64,000 nt of DNA from Myxococcota bacterium (lineage in GTDB: Bacteria > Myxococcota_A > SURF-8), in the NCBI GenBank assembly GCA_965140415.1, contig OZ223209.1:1280001-1344000 (forward strand). The letters run 5' to 3'. How positions within the stretch are numbered: position 1 is the first letter of the stretch; each line of letters starts with the position of its first letter. Shown one piece after another: positions 29,688-40,271 of this stretch. The notes under the pieces were generated by a model. The model made no database searches. It saw nothing but the letters and a program-made list of their open reading frames with translations, and was not told where the DNA came from. The translations under genes were made by a program, and so were the position numbers.

Positions 29688-32600
29688 ATGCTTAAGCTGA
29701 TTCGAGGGATGTCGGGGTTTGCTTTTCTGGCCATTTGTTTTCTAGCGCTTACAAGCGGCTGTGGTGGATCGGGCGGCGATGATATCGAAGTCGACGGCGA
29801 CTCCGATAGCATCGATGGCGATCTGACCGATTCCGATTTCGAAGGTGAGCAGGCCGAAGATTCCGAAGAGCCTGAAGGCAGCGGAGACGAGGCCACCTGC
29901 TGGACGCCTTGTCATACCGGGACGGTTATCGATGGAACCTACGTCGCCTGCTCGGAAGAAGGTCTGCTCCCCGGTTGCCTGGGAGGGACAGTCTGCGAAA
30001 ACGGCTGGTGTGTGGCCGCTGGTGCAGAAAAGAGGGCTCGCTTTAAAGATAATGAAGACGACAATAGCTGGGATCTGGGCGAATGTGAGAGCGATTGCGA
30101 TTGCGCGGAGCATGGCACTTGTGTCGATGGTTTCTGTAAAAGCATCTGCAACACCGATTCCCAGTGCAGTGAGGGCGAATCCTGCTACAAAAAGGTATGC
30201 CGACAGGTTTGTGGCGATTCGAGCTCGGACTGCGATGAGGGCAGCTACTGTCTTGCAGGCAAAGACGGCGTAAGCGGACACTGTATGCCGCTGTGCGAAA
30301 CGCAGGAGGATAACTCGGCCAGCAGGAATTGCTTGCTATCTGCAAACGACAACTCAAGCAGCCCATTTACGCTTTCGGGTGATGACCTTATAGAGAAAAT
30401 CCTGCTGTTTACCGTTGATCGCACCGACGCCCTGTTTACGATCACGAACAATACTCAGTGCGAATTGAGCTTTCAGATCACCAAAAAACAACACACCGTT
30501 TTCAGCGTCGATGGTTCCACCGTGGTCACGAACGATCCGATGAACTGGGTCTCTTTGCAGCCTGGCGAGCAGGACGCCGTGACCGACAATGAAATTACAG
30601 TGACACTGCAAGCGGGTGATGCAATCGACATCACCGTGGCGGATGTACATAACGACCAGATTCCGAACTGGCGCGGCATTTTGAATATCCTGAATACCAA
30701 CGGTCTCGGAAGTACGGAAATCAACCTCAGTTTCAGTAGCGGTGCAACGGGGCGCTGGAACGGTAAAATGTACTTTTTCGCCAACTTCGGCTCCGATAAT
30801 CTAGATGCCTGGATGGCCGACAAGGACAACGCCTCCAAGTTGAATTCCGTAAACAACGCATTCTTAAAACGCTGGGATGTGCTGCGGCGCGGCGAAATTT
30901 CCATGGATAACTTCATGGCGCTGGTGGCTTCGACGCTCAATGGTTCCTGGCAATGGCCCAGCATCGAAGAAGTCTGCCCGAAGCGCAAAGGCGCCTGTTA
31001 TCCCTTCGCCAATCCTGCGGAAGGAGCGTCCGACGACGGCATCGAGAATTACTCCGACGATCTGGACCGCGACCCGATTCCCACCGGACTGGTTGAGTTG
31101 CCCATCGCCATGAATCTTCAGAAAAACAGCGGAAGCGCAACCGATCTGGAGGGACGCATCATTTCAGGCGATACGCTGCATTATGCAGGGGAACCGAATG
31201 TCTCGCTTTCGATGCAAGATAACGCCGATACCTGCTCGGAAGTCGGCGAATTCAGGGTGTGCATCAATCGCATCGCGGACATGACGCTCGACGTCGTTGT
31301 GGGGGGGCGCTATTACTCGGAGCCTGGGCAGACGACCTGCGATCTTGCGACCGGTTACGAAGTGGTGCAAACACCGTGGTTACTGGCCGATTTCCAGGAT
31401 GGCACGGAACTGATAGACGGTTACCGTTATCGCCCGGAATGCCGCGACACCTATCGACCCTACACCGAGAAGCCGGAAGACTCCGGAGCGACGTCGCTTG
31501 AAGATCTCAACGCCACCCTGGCAAGTTCCAACCCGCTGCCAGACGGGCGCAGTCTGGAGCGTTCGCTGCAACTTGTGGATGGCGCCATCATCGACCGCGA
31601 TACGATGATCCTGATTTTCCGCGAAGAGTTCTTCGTCGATCTCGATACCTTACCCGATCCGGAAGATTTTTCAGCATACGGTTTCATGGTTCTGCGACGC
31701 ACTCCCGACCCGGTTGAAAGCGCCGAGTTCATCGGCTCCGATCAAGCCGAAGATCGCGCGATGCCGGAAGGGATACTTACGGTCGGATGCAGTGCGGATG
31801 TTTTGGAAGCGGCTGGATTTTCCGCAATGCCGACAGACACGGACGATTTGCGGACGCTGGCGAACATCATGATTGCGGGGTACGACATCAGCTCGCCGTT
31901 AACGGAACTTTCACGTCCGGTACATTACCTGTGTTGGGAAACGGGCGTCTTCGATGCCGGTTCGACCGGTTTCATTCCCTGTCCACTTGGTAGCCCCGTT
32001 TCATTCTTTTACTTCCCCGATCCTGCTGACGAGGTAAACCTGGCCAATCACGATTGCCAACGTGATGCGGATATCGAAATCGATCAGGACATGGAAACCA
32101 TGGAAATCGATGTGACTGTTACGGCTCGCGGTGCTTGTGCTGAAGTGTTCAAGCAGTGGGAAGCCGGAGCGGCAAACATCACGGTCAATCCCTACTGGCT
32201 TTGTGATGGCGGTGAAGATGTGTGCGACAATCCCTGGGATCGTCGCGCGGATAAAATATTCTATGATTTATCCGTAGAACCGGACCGTGTAGCGCTGCCG
32301 CAATTGGATACCGCCGTTAACGATGCCTTCCGCTATAAAACCGCCTTCCGCAACCGGTCGGGAAAGAACATCGGATTTGCCCCCGAAATCTGCATTGAAG
32401 GCTCGACGACGGCTCCCTATTGCTATGCGCCGTGGTTGATCGAGGAAAACCAGGAACGCGTCGATTGTGCTCTGTCGCTCTATCTCGACGAATTCAATAC
32501 GCCGGGAGACGAGACAGCGGATCTGCTGCGGGGATATCTGGCTCGTAACTTCTCTTCTCGCTGCTTCGATGAAAATCTGGGAGCGGAAGCCTGTAATCGT

Positions 32601-35021
32601 CCCGAAAACCGGATCGACGGCTTCGAGGCGCTCTCCAGCGAATTGCTGGTCATGCTGGGCGATGAATCCTATACCCGCGCATTCGCCAGTCGTTTCGATC
32701 TGGCGGGAACCGGCAAAGCGGCTTTCGAGGGATCTCTTTTCGAGCCGGGCGGCATCAACCTGTCCGGGGTCGCCGGATACGAAATGTACAGCCTGTATCA
32801 GGCAACCCAGTATTACCAACTTGCATTGGATCGCTTCTATCGCCTGCTGCCCGCGATTGCCGAATCCGTGGCTGCCGCAGACGGTGCTATCATCAGTGCG
32901 GAAACCGTTACAAATTATCTCGATCGCCTGATCCGCGCCAGCACGCAGAAGTCGCGAGCCTGGAGTGAAGTGGCTACGCGCTACCAGAGCTTCAACCGAC
33001 CGGATCTGGCAAGGCGTGTCGTGCGCAGGGCTTATACCGCCACTTACCTGGAATCGGCGTTGATTACCCGCGTGATGCACAACATCATCGATGCCGTACC
33101 GCCAGAGAACGAAGCCCAGATTCTGGCTATCATCGATCAAGCCCAGATGCTTTACAAAGCGGCTCTGTTGGCTATGCGCGATGTGAATAAGGACATCACC
33201 GACGACGTGAACTATTTCGGCTTCTCGCCGGATTACATCCCGTTTTTGGCAACGGATTCCAGTAACTCCAATGCCTTTGAAAAACTCATGGATAGCGCCT
33301 GGAGTAAAGTCGAATTCGCGGCGGCAAAAGAGGACAAGGCGCTTAGTTCCAATCGTGATTACGAAACCGATTCAGCCTCTTTCCAGGCGGAACTGGTCAA
33401 AATCCGCAATTCCTATGAAACGCAGTTGATCGAGTATTGTGGTACATTTATTGGAACCGACGGTGCTACCTATCCGGCTATTGTCGAATACGCCGCCTAT
33501 CATCCCAAGGCTAAAATCCTGGCGGACCCCTGCGGCCTTGTCGGGAACGGCGCGATTTACGAAGAAATGGTTGGTATCGAGCAGGCTTCGATGGAACTGG
33601 ATCAGAAGATCCTGGAGCGCTCCAACATCATCGAGCGCATCAAGATCGAAGTCGATCGGCGCAACCAGGTTTGTGATGCAATCGAAGAATTGAAAGATTT
33701 CACCCTGAGTATGCATGACACCAAGATCGGCCTGCAATCGGCAATCGATTTGGCCGACATCATCGTCAACACGATTAAGCGTTCACAGGACTCGATTACC
33801 AACATCGCGGATTTGTCCAAATGCTCCGTCGGTACCAGTACTGACTGTCCTACAGCGGCCTGGTCCATTTCGATGGTAGCAGGAACGAGTATCGCCGCCA
33901 ATATTGCATTGACTTCGGTTGAAGCGGGAAAAGCGCTGGCGCAAAAGGGAATGATGGTGGCCGATAAGGAAATCGTGCGCATGGAGATGGATACCCAGTG
34001 CACCCTGGCCGAAATCGACTCCGATGCGGTGATCCGCAACCTGGCTTTAGACATGCTGACGGCGGATGTGGAAATCCACAAGGCCGCGCTGGCATTGCAA
34101 CTGGCGTATTCCCAGCTTGAAAAGCAGGTGAATACAGCGACGTTGACACGGGCGGAGTATTCGGAGATTCTTCAGCAGGCGATCAACGTCGAGGCGGCGC
34201 GCAACGATCCCAACGTCCGTATCTACAAGAACGACGCCGTCATCAATGCCGACCGTTCCTTCCAGACCGCTCTGCGAGAAGCGTACAAGGCGACCAAGCT
34301 GTTCGAGTATTACACCAGCCAGAGTTACGAGCATCTTGTGGATCTCTTTCTGGTGCGCATGGTTTCAGCCGGAGACTATAACCTTGAAAATTATCTCATG
34401 GAGCTAGACGGTGCGTTCTATGATTTCCAGGAGCAGTACGGCAACCCCGATCTCCGGTTGAGCATCGTGTCGCTGCGTGATGATGTGTTTAAGATTCCAT
34501 TATACGACGAACAGAATCCCGGTGTCGCTTTGCCGCAGAGCGAGCGTAACCGCTTGTTCGTCAATCGGTTGATGGAAGGAATGCGCTATGGGGAAGGCGG
34601 ATATCTTGTAAGCTTCAATACCCAGCTCGATCACATTTCCCCGTTGACTCGCAATCACAAGATCAATTACATCGAAGCCGAATTCCAGGGGGAAAACCTT
34701 GGAGATGAAGTCGGTAGACTTTATCTGATTCAGCGGGGAACGGGCACTGTTCATGCGGTGAGTGGAGATAAGGTATACTATCGTTTCCCGCCGCGTGCCG
34801 CCGTTATCAATACCTTCTTCAACGGCGATCGCAGTTTGCGTGTCGATGTCAACAGTAACGACATCTATGCAAACAGAAACTTGCGGGACCGGCCATTGAT
34901 CAACACCGAGTGGCAGTTAATCTTCGATCCGATTGCTGAGTGGGTCAACCAGGATATCAATCTCGATGGTATCAGCGATATCCGGCTGTACTTCTATTAC
35001 AACGACTACACCAGTCTCTGA
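29688..35021 (+). CDS. 1777-aa lipoprotein: DGD linker, Cys-rich modules, Ig-like domain, large core, C-terminal Tc-toxin A-like helical channel and beta domain
   Basis: Lipobox LTSGC; long amphipathic helices flanking a hydrophobic hairpin; C-terminal VSLRDD...HKINYIEA...RPL..EWQLIF...LDGISDIRLYFYY. Confidence 0.7.
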   Translation: MLKLIRGMSGFAFLAICFLALTSGCGGSGGDDIEVDGDSDSIDGDLTDSDFEGEQAEDSEEPEGSGDEATCWTPCHTGTVIDGTYVACSEEGLLPGCLGGTVCENGWCVAAGAEKRARFKDNEDDNSWDLGECESDCDCAEHGTCVDGFCKSICNTDSQCSEGESCYKKVCRQVCGDSSSDCDEGSYCLAGKDGVSGHCMPLCETQEDNSASRNCLLSANDNSSSPFTLSGDDLIEKILLFTVDRTDALFTITNNTQCELSFQITKKQHTVFSVDGSTVVTNDPMNWVSLQPGEQDAVTDNEITVTLQAGDAIDITVADVHNDQIPNWRGILNILNTNGLGSTEINLSFSSGATGRWNGKMYFFANFGSDNLDAWMADKDNASKLNSVNNAFLKRWDVLRRGEISMDNFMALVASTLNGSWQWPSIEEVCPKRKGACYPFANPAEGASDDGIENYSDDLDRDPIPTGLVELPIAMNLQKNSGSATDLEGRIISGDTLHYAGEPNVSLSMQDNADTCSEVGEFRVCINRIADMTLDVVVGGRYYSEPGQTTCDLATGYEVVQTPWLLADFQDGTELIDGYRYRPECRDTYRPYTEKPEDSGATSLEDLNATLASSNPLPDGRSLERSLQLVDGAIIDRDTMILIFREEFFVDLDTLPDPEDFSAYGFMVLRRTPDPVESAEFIGSDQAEDRAMPEGILTVGCSADVLEAAGFSAMPTDTDDLRTLANIMIAGYDISSPLTELSRPVHYLCWETGVFDAGSTGFIPCPLGSPVSFFYFPDPADEVNLANHDCQRDADIEIDQDMETMEIDVTVTARGACAEVFKQWEAGAANITVNPYWLCDGGEDVCDNPWDRRADKIFYDLSVEPDRVALPQLDTAVNDAFRYKTAFRNRSGKNIGFAPEICIEGSTTAPYCYAPWLIEENQERVDCALSLYLDEFNTPGDETADLLRGYLARNFSSRCFDENLGAEACNRPENRIDGFEALSSELLVMLGDESYTRAFASRFDLAGTGKAAFEGSLFEPGGINLSGVAGYEMYSLYQATQYYQLALDRFYRLLPAIAESVAAADGAIISAETVTNYLDRLIRASTQKSRAWSEVATRYQSFNRPDLARRVVRRAYTATYLESALITRVMHNIIDAVPPENEAQILAIIDQAQMLYKAALLAMRDVNKDITDDVNYFGFSPDYIPFLATDSSNSNAFEKLMDSAWSKVEFAAAKEDKALSSNRDYETDSASFQAELVKIRNSYETQLIEYCGTFIGTDGATYPAIVEYAAYHPKAKILADPCGLVGNGAIYEEMVGIEQASMELDQKILERSNIIERIKIEVDRRNQVCDAIEELKDFTLSMHDTKIGLQSAIDLADIIVNTIKRSQDSITNIADLSKCSVGTSTDCPTAAWSISMVAGTSIAANIALTSVEAGKALAQKGMMVADKEIVRMEMDTQCTLAEIDSDAVIRNLALDMLTADVEIHKAALALQLAYSQLEKQVNTATLTRAEYSEILQQAINVEAARNDPNVRIYKNDAVINADRSFQTALREAYKATKLFEYYTSQSYEHLVDLFLVRMVSAGDYNLENYLMELDGAFYDFQEQYGNPDLRLSIVSLRDDVFKIPLYDEQNPGVALPQSERNRLFVNRLMEGMRYGEGGYLVSFNTQLDHISPLTRNHKINYIEAEFQGENLGDEVGRLYLIQRGTGTVHAVSGDKVYYRFPPRAAVINTFFNGDRSLRVDVNSNDIYANRNLRDRPLINTEWQLIFDPIAEWVNQDINLDGISDIRLYFYYNDYTSL

Positions 35022-35063
35022 TTCTGATATACGGGTGGATTCCATTTCGCTGGAAACGAGGAC

Positions 35064-38000
35064 GTGATGAAACGCTTGAATGTCTGTTGGATCTCGATGC
35101 TTATGCTTTCTTTATTGCTGTTCACGGCTTGTGGCGGTTCAGGTGACAGCAACAATACCCCGCCCGATGGGGATGCCGATCAAATCGACAAGGAGATATC
35201 CGAAGATGGCGATGCGGATGTTGGTGATGGTGATATCGAGGAAGATGGTGCGACAATCGATGCCGATATCGATGGCGATATCGATGGCGATGCAGATGAA
35301 GAGTTGCCGGATGGAGATCTGGAAGTGGATGCCGATGGCGACACGGAGGGGCTTGTAGAAATCGATTGTGTGGCGTTGTACGGAGAAGGTTGGGCGTTCA
35401 ATCCTTCCGCTACGGAAGGCGATGGTTGCAAGGACTGTTCCACGAAAGTCTGCCCTGCCGAAAGTTCCGTCGGTATTTATCGCATCACCACTCTGGGAGG
35501 CCGATGTGTTTGTGAAACAGTAGACGACTATTTCTTCTCGGATACGACCTATCTTCCCACGCATTGCGACAGAGATCATGATGGTTGGGTGACGATCACC
35601 GCCCAGGAATTCGTTGAAAGCGACGATCCGGCGTTGCGGGAGAATGCTCGCTGTGATGTACGAACGGTGGAGCAGTTCTGGCTGCATCCCGAAGAGGAAA
35701 CCTACCCTGATGTCGAGGTCGATGTTGAACCGACCTCGCTTTACGAGCCGAACAACCGCGACGACCAGAACCAGCTCGATCTCGATGCCAGCCGCGCTCC
35801 GGAATACGGCAATGGTCGCCGACTTCGTGCTGATGAGTTGAACAGCCTGACCAAGTTCTGTGTAAACACCTTGGCGGATTATAACGGTAATGGCGTGGGT
35901 GATGTAGCGGAGTGGTCCGGGCATGAAGAACTGGACTCGACTTTTTCCGTATATGCACCTTTTGCATATTTCGCAGAGTTGAACCACGGATGGTACGATC
36001 CGGAAGATGGTGCGTATCATATCGCCGAAAACGGTCGTTTGAGTGATGAATTTCAAATGAGCGTTCCTGTCGTCACGGACGGTGGCAGCGAGTATTGGCG
36101 GCAGTGCCAACGTTTGACCGATGCCGCCTATGATCCCGAAGAACCGACGATCGGAATGGATTTTGCGACCTATGAAGGCATGTTCCATCATAGTCAGTTC
36201 AAGTGTCTGCATGTGGTGGAAGCTTCCGAACTGAGTGACCGCGAACCGCAAAAAGTTTCCGTAGATCAGGTGGCGGCTGGTTGGCGCTTGAATGAATGTC
36301 GGGTGCCGGATGATACGCCGATGGATGGAGATATCGATAACGAGTCTCTCCTGGACGGCGATCTGGAAGAAGAAATCGAGCTGTCCAGTCGAGGCGGCGG
36401 TGGTGACATAGACGGCGATGGGAGTGACGACGAAATCGAGTTCATTGACGGTGACGATGAGGGGAGCGTAGATGAGGACGAGCCCAATCCGTCTTATCCC
36501 GTGGTGGAATGCGAGGAGCGCGCAACAGTCAATGTCGGGGATGTCGGTCTGGCCGTGAGTAACTACATCGATTATTCGGCTGAGGGAGGCTATTCGCGTG
36601 GGTGCGTGAATGAATGCGTTGAAGGTTGGGGTGGTCTCGTCGACTGCAATGGCTACGAGGCAGGAACGGCGGATTGCGACACCGTTACTTCCGAATACGG
36701 CGCGGGTACTTGTGGCTGCGCTGGTAACTACGCCTATCCGGATTGCACCTCCTGCATCAACCATTATTCGTCGGAAAGCAACTGCACCGCCTGTTATGAC
36801 AATTCGGAGGAAGGTCACTGGAGTGGTGCGAATTGCGATGTGTGCCAGCAAAACTGGAACATCAATTCAGATTGTACCACCTGCATCAACCATTTTACTC
36901 CAGGTTCCGATTGCACCAGTTGCTACGACAACGACAATCGGGGGCACTGGACTGGTGACGAGTGTAATATTTGCAAGAATCAGTACACTCTGGCCTCCAA
37001 CTGCAAGCAATGCGAAACGAATTACACCTTGGAAAGCGCGTGTACGGAATGTTCCGGCAACTTCGATGTAGAGCAGAGCTGTGCTGAATGTCTGGATAAC
37101 GATACGGATGGTCACTGGACCGGATCGAGTTGCGATACCTGCCGGGAGAATTATTACAGCGGAGAGTTCGAGTCGGACAATCTGGTGATGACCGCTAACG
37201 GCAGCCAGACGATGGCGTATTGGGAAGATATGACGCCATCAAATTATGGTATTGAAGGTGGGGTAGGGTACATTCGGATAGACGTCAACCCATACATTCC
37301 GTATGTTACCTCGACCCACCAGATCATTCCTCTCGATTACGCACTTCCGATCATTGCGGACACGCAGTATCAGAACGTCAAGTTCTCCGTTCAAGCCTCC
37401 ATGAAATCCGTCGGTAACGTTCCGCTTATGGTTCAGTTCGTATACTACAATCGCGCTTACAAGAGTCTCGGAACAACGACATTTCAAAGTTCCGCTGCTT
37501 CATGGACCACAGCTGGACCGGAGACGTTTACTCTGACTACTGCCCAGCGGGAAATTCGTTTCGTCGTCGTTCGACTTATGACTTTTGGTGGAATCGGAGC
37601 GGGTTATTTCCGAGGCATAACCCTGACCGTTACTTCACCGAAAGTAGACAGCCAGCAATGCCGTTTCTGCGAAGCCGGGTATGCGGATGATCCGGATACG
37701 GAAGGCGATGACTGTCTGAATTGTCCTTCCGGTGTGATGAGCGAGGAACACTGGAACTCGAACGGCTGCTATAAGTGTGCGGATGACAATACGAACGGCC
37801 ATTGGGAAATGCCGGACTGTTCGGAATGTAAATTCCTGTGGAGCGGGCTTGGCTGTAATGTCTGTCAGGAAGGATCTTTCGCCAAGGATTCATCCGATCA
37901 ATGTACCAAGACAGCCAATCAGGCTTCCAATGGAGGTGCGGAATCCGCTGATATGAGCGCCTGGAACTCGAACATTCCTTTAACGCGCCACACCTCGCTG

Positions 38001-38423
38001 CACGATATCGATGCTGCCGCCAAGGGGCAGTACTTTTACTCGATGACGGATGCAGGAGGTGAAAACAATCCCTATGCCGAACAACGCATTACGGTGAGCC
38101 AGACGATTCGCGACGCCATTTCGGCAGGAAAGATCGGATATTTGAATGTGTTCGCATACCTTGCCGCTCACAATGAGTCCGATTCGCCGACCTTGAAAGT
38201 GTATCAGGTTACAAACGTTGGCGGCTCGGGAAGTCTGTGCAGCACTTCGCTCTCGACGGATAGTCCAACCTGGACTCAAATATCCAGATCCTGTTCGGTG
38301 AATAGCTCGGTCAAAGAGATTCGCATACGCCTGGAAGGCGAAAACGACAACGGCGGAGCCTGCAACGCATACTGGGACGACATCCAGGTGTTTTTCTCTG
38401 CCAAGACGAAAGATCTGTTGTAA
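35064..38423 (+). CDS. 1119-aa lipoprotein: DGD-rich linkers, laminin/EGF-like Cys repeats, galactose-binding-like (FBA/CBM) domains
   Basis: Lipobox FTAC; repeats C..HY...NCT.C.DN...GHW.G..C; C-terminal NGGAES..W...Q.I...WTQIS...IRIRL....AYWDDI. Confidence 0.7.
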   Translation: MMKRLNVCWISMLMLSLLLFTACGGSGDSNNTPPDGDADQIDKEISEDGDADVGDGDIEEDGATIDADIDGDIDGDADEELPDGDLEVDADGDTEGLVEIDCVALYGEGWAFNPSATEGDGCKDCSTKVCPAESSVGIYRITTLGGRCVCETVDDYFFSDTTYLPTHCDRDHDGWVTITAQEFVESDDPALRENARCDVRTVEQFWLHPEEETYPDVEVDVEPTSLYEPNNRDDQNQLDLDASRAPEYGNGRRLRADELNSLTKFCVNTLADYNGNGVGDVAEWSGHEELDSTFSVYAPFAYFAELNHGWYDPEDGAYHIAENGRLSDEFQMSVPVVTDGGSEYWRQCQRLTDAAYDPEEPTIGMDFATYEGMFHHSQFKCLHVVEASELSDREPQKVSVDQVAAGWRLNECRVPDDTPMDGDIDNESLLDGDLEEEIELSSRGGGGDIDGDGSDDEIEFIDGDDEGSVDEDEPNPSYPVVECEERATVNVGDVGLAVSNYIDYSAEGGYSRGCVNECVEGWGGLVDCNGYEAGTADCDTVTSEYGAGTCGCAGNYAYPDCTSCINHYSSESNCTACYDNSEEGHWSGANCDVCQQNWNINSDCTTCINHFTPGSDCTSCYDNDNRGHWTGDECNICKNQYTLASNCKQCETNYTLESACTECSGNFDVEQSCAECLDNDTDGHWTGSSCDTCRENYYSGEFESDNLVMTANGSQTMAYWEDMTPSNYGIEGGVGYIRIDVNPYIPYVTSTHQIIPLDYALPIIADTQYQNVKFSVQASMKSVGNVPLMVQFVYYNRAYKSLGTTTFQSSAASWTTAGPETFTLTTAQREIRFVVVRLMTFGGIGAGYFRGITLTVTSPKVDSQQCRFCEAGYADDPDTEGDDCLNCPSGVMSEEHWNSNGCYKCADDNTNGHWEMPDCSECKFLWSGLGCNVCQEGSFAKDSSDQCTKTANQASNGGAESADMSAWNSNIPLTRHTSLHDIDAAAKGQYFYSMTDAGGENNPYAEQRITVSQTIRDAISAGKIGYLNVFAYLAAHNESDSPTLKVYQVTNVGGSGSLCSTSLSTDSPTWTQISRSCSVNSSVKEIRIRLEGENDNGGACNAYWDDIQVFFSAKTKDLL

Positions 38424-38453
38424 GTCGATCTCTTACCGAGAAGAGGGGGGAAG

Positions 38454-39080
38454 CTAGCCCAACTGCGCCAGCAGCAGCGATTTCAGCCGCTCCAGGTCGA
38501 CCGGTTGCGGCTCGATGGGAATGCCCATCCAGTCGGAGAACTCGAAGATCTTTTCCGGGTCGTTCATTGCGACATCGTTGAACGAATCCAGGGGGCATAG
38601 CAGGCAGGCCTTGCCATGCTTGGGAAAGGTTTCGTTATTCATGCCGGCATCCCAGTTCGCGAAGACGGCCTTCCAGTACAGGAACCAGCCTGGTGTCAAC
38701 CAATACCGTTCCTGGCCTTCATACATCGTTTTGCGCTCTTCCACAGAGGCCAGAAAATCGAAGCAGTTGGCGGCCTGTAGCCGAGTCACTCCCGGTCCGT
38801 ATTCACCCATAATGCTTTCTACGCTCTTTTCCGGCTGTTTCATATCCAGGTAGCAGCGTTTTCCGTACAATACGATCACTCGCTCGGACTGCGCCGTCGC
38901 CTTTTCCAGTTGTTTGCGAAGCTGGCTTTCCAGTTCCGTCGGTTTGTCGTGTAGGCCGGGGGCGGTGTAGTAGATCTGGTCGGCATCGAGCCAGCCTTCT
39001 TCCTGCAACTTCGTCAGCTCCGGGCGCATGACTCCGCAGGATACGAGAGAATATCCTTTAAAGCTGTGTGTATCGGACAT
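38454..39080 (-). CDS. DUF1638-family protein
   Basis: SCGVMRPEL, PGLHDKP..L...L, VLYG.RC, NC..FL, YWLTPGW...W. Confidence 0.7.
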   Translation of the reverse strand: MSDTHSFKGYSLVSCGVMRPELTKLQEEGWLDADQIYYTAPGLHDKPTELESQLRKQLEKATAQSERVIVLYGKRCYLDMKQPEKSVESIMGEYGPGVTRLQAANCFDFLASVEERKTMYEGQERYWLTPGWFLYWKAVFANWDAGMNNETFPKHGKACLLCPLDSFNDVAMNDPEKIFEFSDWMGIPIEPQPVDLERLKSLLLAQLG

Positions 39081-39172
39081 GTGATCTCCTTGCCTGGATG
39101 TAGGTGGTTCAGCTAGTAAGTTGAAATATTTATTTGTGATGCCTCAAGTCTAATGTCATTCTTCTGATCGTT

Positions 39173-40174
39173 TTATGTTGTTTTTAGTATGATGCCTTTA
39201 TCGAAGTAGCAAGTGTCCAGCCCTTCTGTGCCAATAAAGCTAGCTTCATTAATATTTTCCGCTTCTCGGAAATCTGCGTTATGGAGCAAGCATCTGTCGA
39301 AAACTGCACCTCTTAGATCGGCTCCGCTGAAAGCGGGTTTATAAATTGGAATGATATCGATTTCCTTCAAGTTTTCATCTCGTTCAATTTCTTCCCAATC
39401 TGCGGGGTCCGCCTTAACTTGGTCTTCATCCCATACGAGTTCTGAATTGGTAAAATTAGCTTTGCACAATCTCGAACAATGAAAAGAGCAATTTTCAAAT
39501 TCAGCAAAGGATAATTTTCCAATACCAAACTGAACCGCTTCACAATCAACAACTGAGAAGTCGACATTCACCAATTTGCTAAAATTATTCCTATGACTGA
39601 AACCATTTGAGAATTTACTTTCCTTCAATGAGCTAATGTCTATATCAAAAAAGGAAAAGTCTTTTACTTTCCACCCGCTGAAATCGATGTCCGTAACTCC
39701 ATAAGATGCAAGTTCTTGTAAAGCCGAGCCGATCGTCGCCTTTGCAAGCTCGTTATCTACGTCCTTGTAATCATCGATCTGACGACGAAGATGCTCGATT
39801 CTATTTTGCTGTTTTTGTTTGTGTTCGAAGATTCCAAGAATAATGACCACAAGAAAGATTTCCATGGTCACACCGACCATTTCAACAGCAACTCCTTGCC
39901 AATAATCGTTTAACAAATCCGTAAAATGACATAGAATTCCCAAGCATACCGTAAATAAGAATATGATGAGAAAGACTATAAGGCCCGGTTTCAGCCACGT
40001 TTTATTTTCACCGTAATACGTTTTGATTTGGATCGAATGTTTCGAGTAGATAGCAATCAGATCACGAATCCATTTGGCATAATAGACGTTCTGTGTTCGT
40101 GCCATATTCAAGAATTTCCTTAGCTTACAACCACTTTGATAACGTTTCCTCAATGATAGTATTATTAAAATCAT
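39173..40174 (-). CDS. AT-rich membrane-anchored pentapeptide-repeat protein
   Basis: Two TM helices, then AxF/L pentapeptides (ANFTN, ADLRG, AVFDR, ADFRE, ASFIG); start uncertain. Confidence 0.7.
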   Translation of the reverse strand: MILIILSLRKRYQSGCKLRKFLNMARTQNVYYAKWIRDLIAIYSKHSIQIKTYYGENKTWLKPGLIVFLIIFLFTVCLGILCHFTDLLNDYWQGVAVEMVGVTMEIFLVVIILGIFEHKQKQQNRIEHLRRQIDDYKDVDNELAKATIGSALQELASYGVTDIDFSGWKVKDFSFFDIDISSLKESKFSNGFSHRNNFSKLVNVDFSVVDCEAVQFGIGKLSFAEFENCSFHCSRLCKANFTNSELVWDEDQVKADPADWEEIERDENLKEIDIIPIYKPAFSGADLRGAVFDRCLLHNADFREAENINEASFIGTEGLDTCYFDKGIILKTT

Positions 40175-40271
40175 TTTACAAAGGAAAAGGCAGTGTTTTC
40201 CGTGAGTTCAATACTGTATCGTCTCAATTACACCTGCGACATATTCTGTCCTACTTGTTTCGCACCTTATA

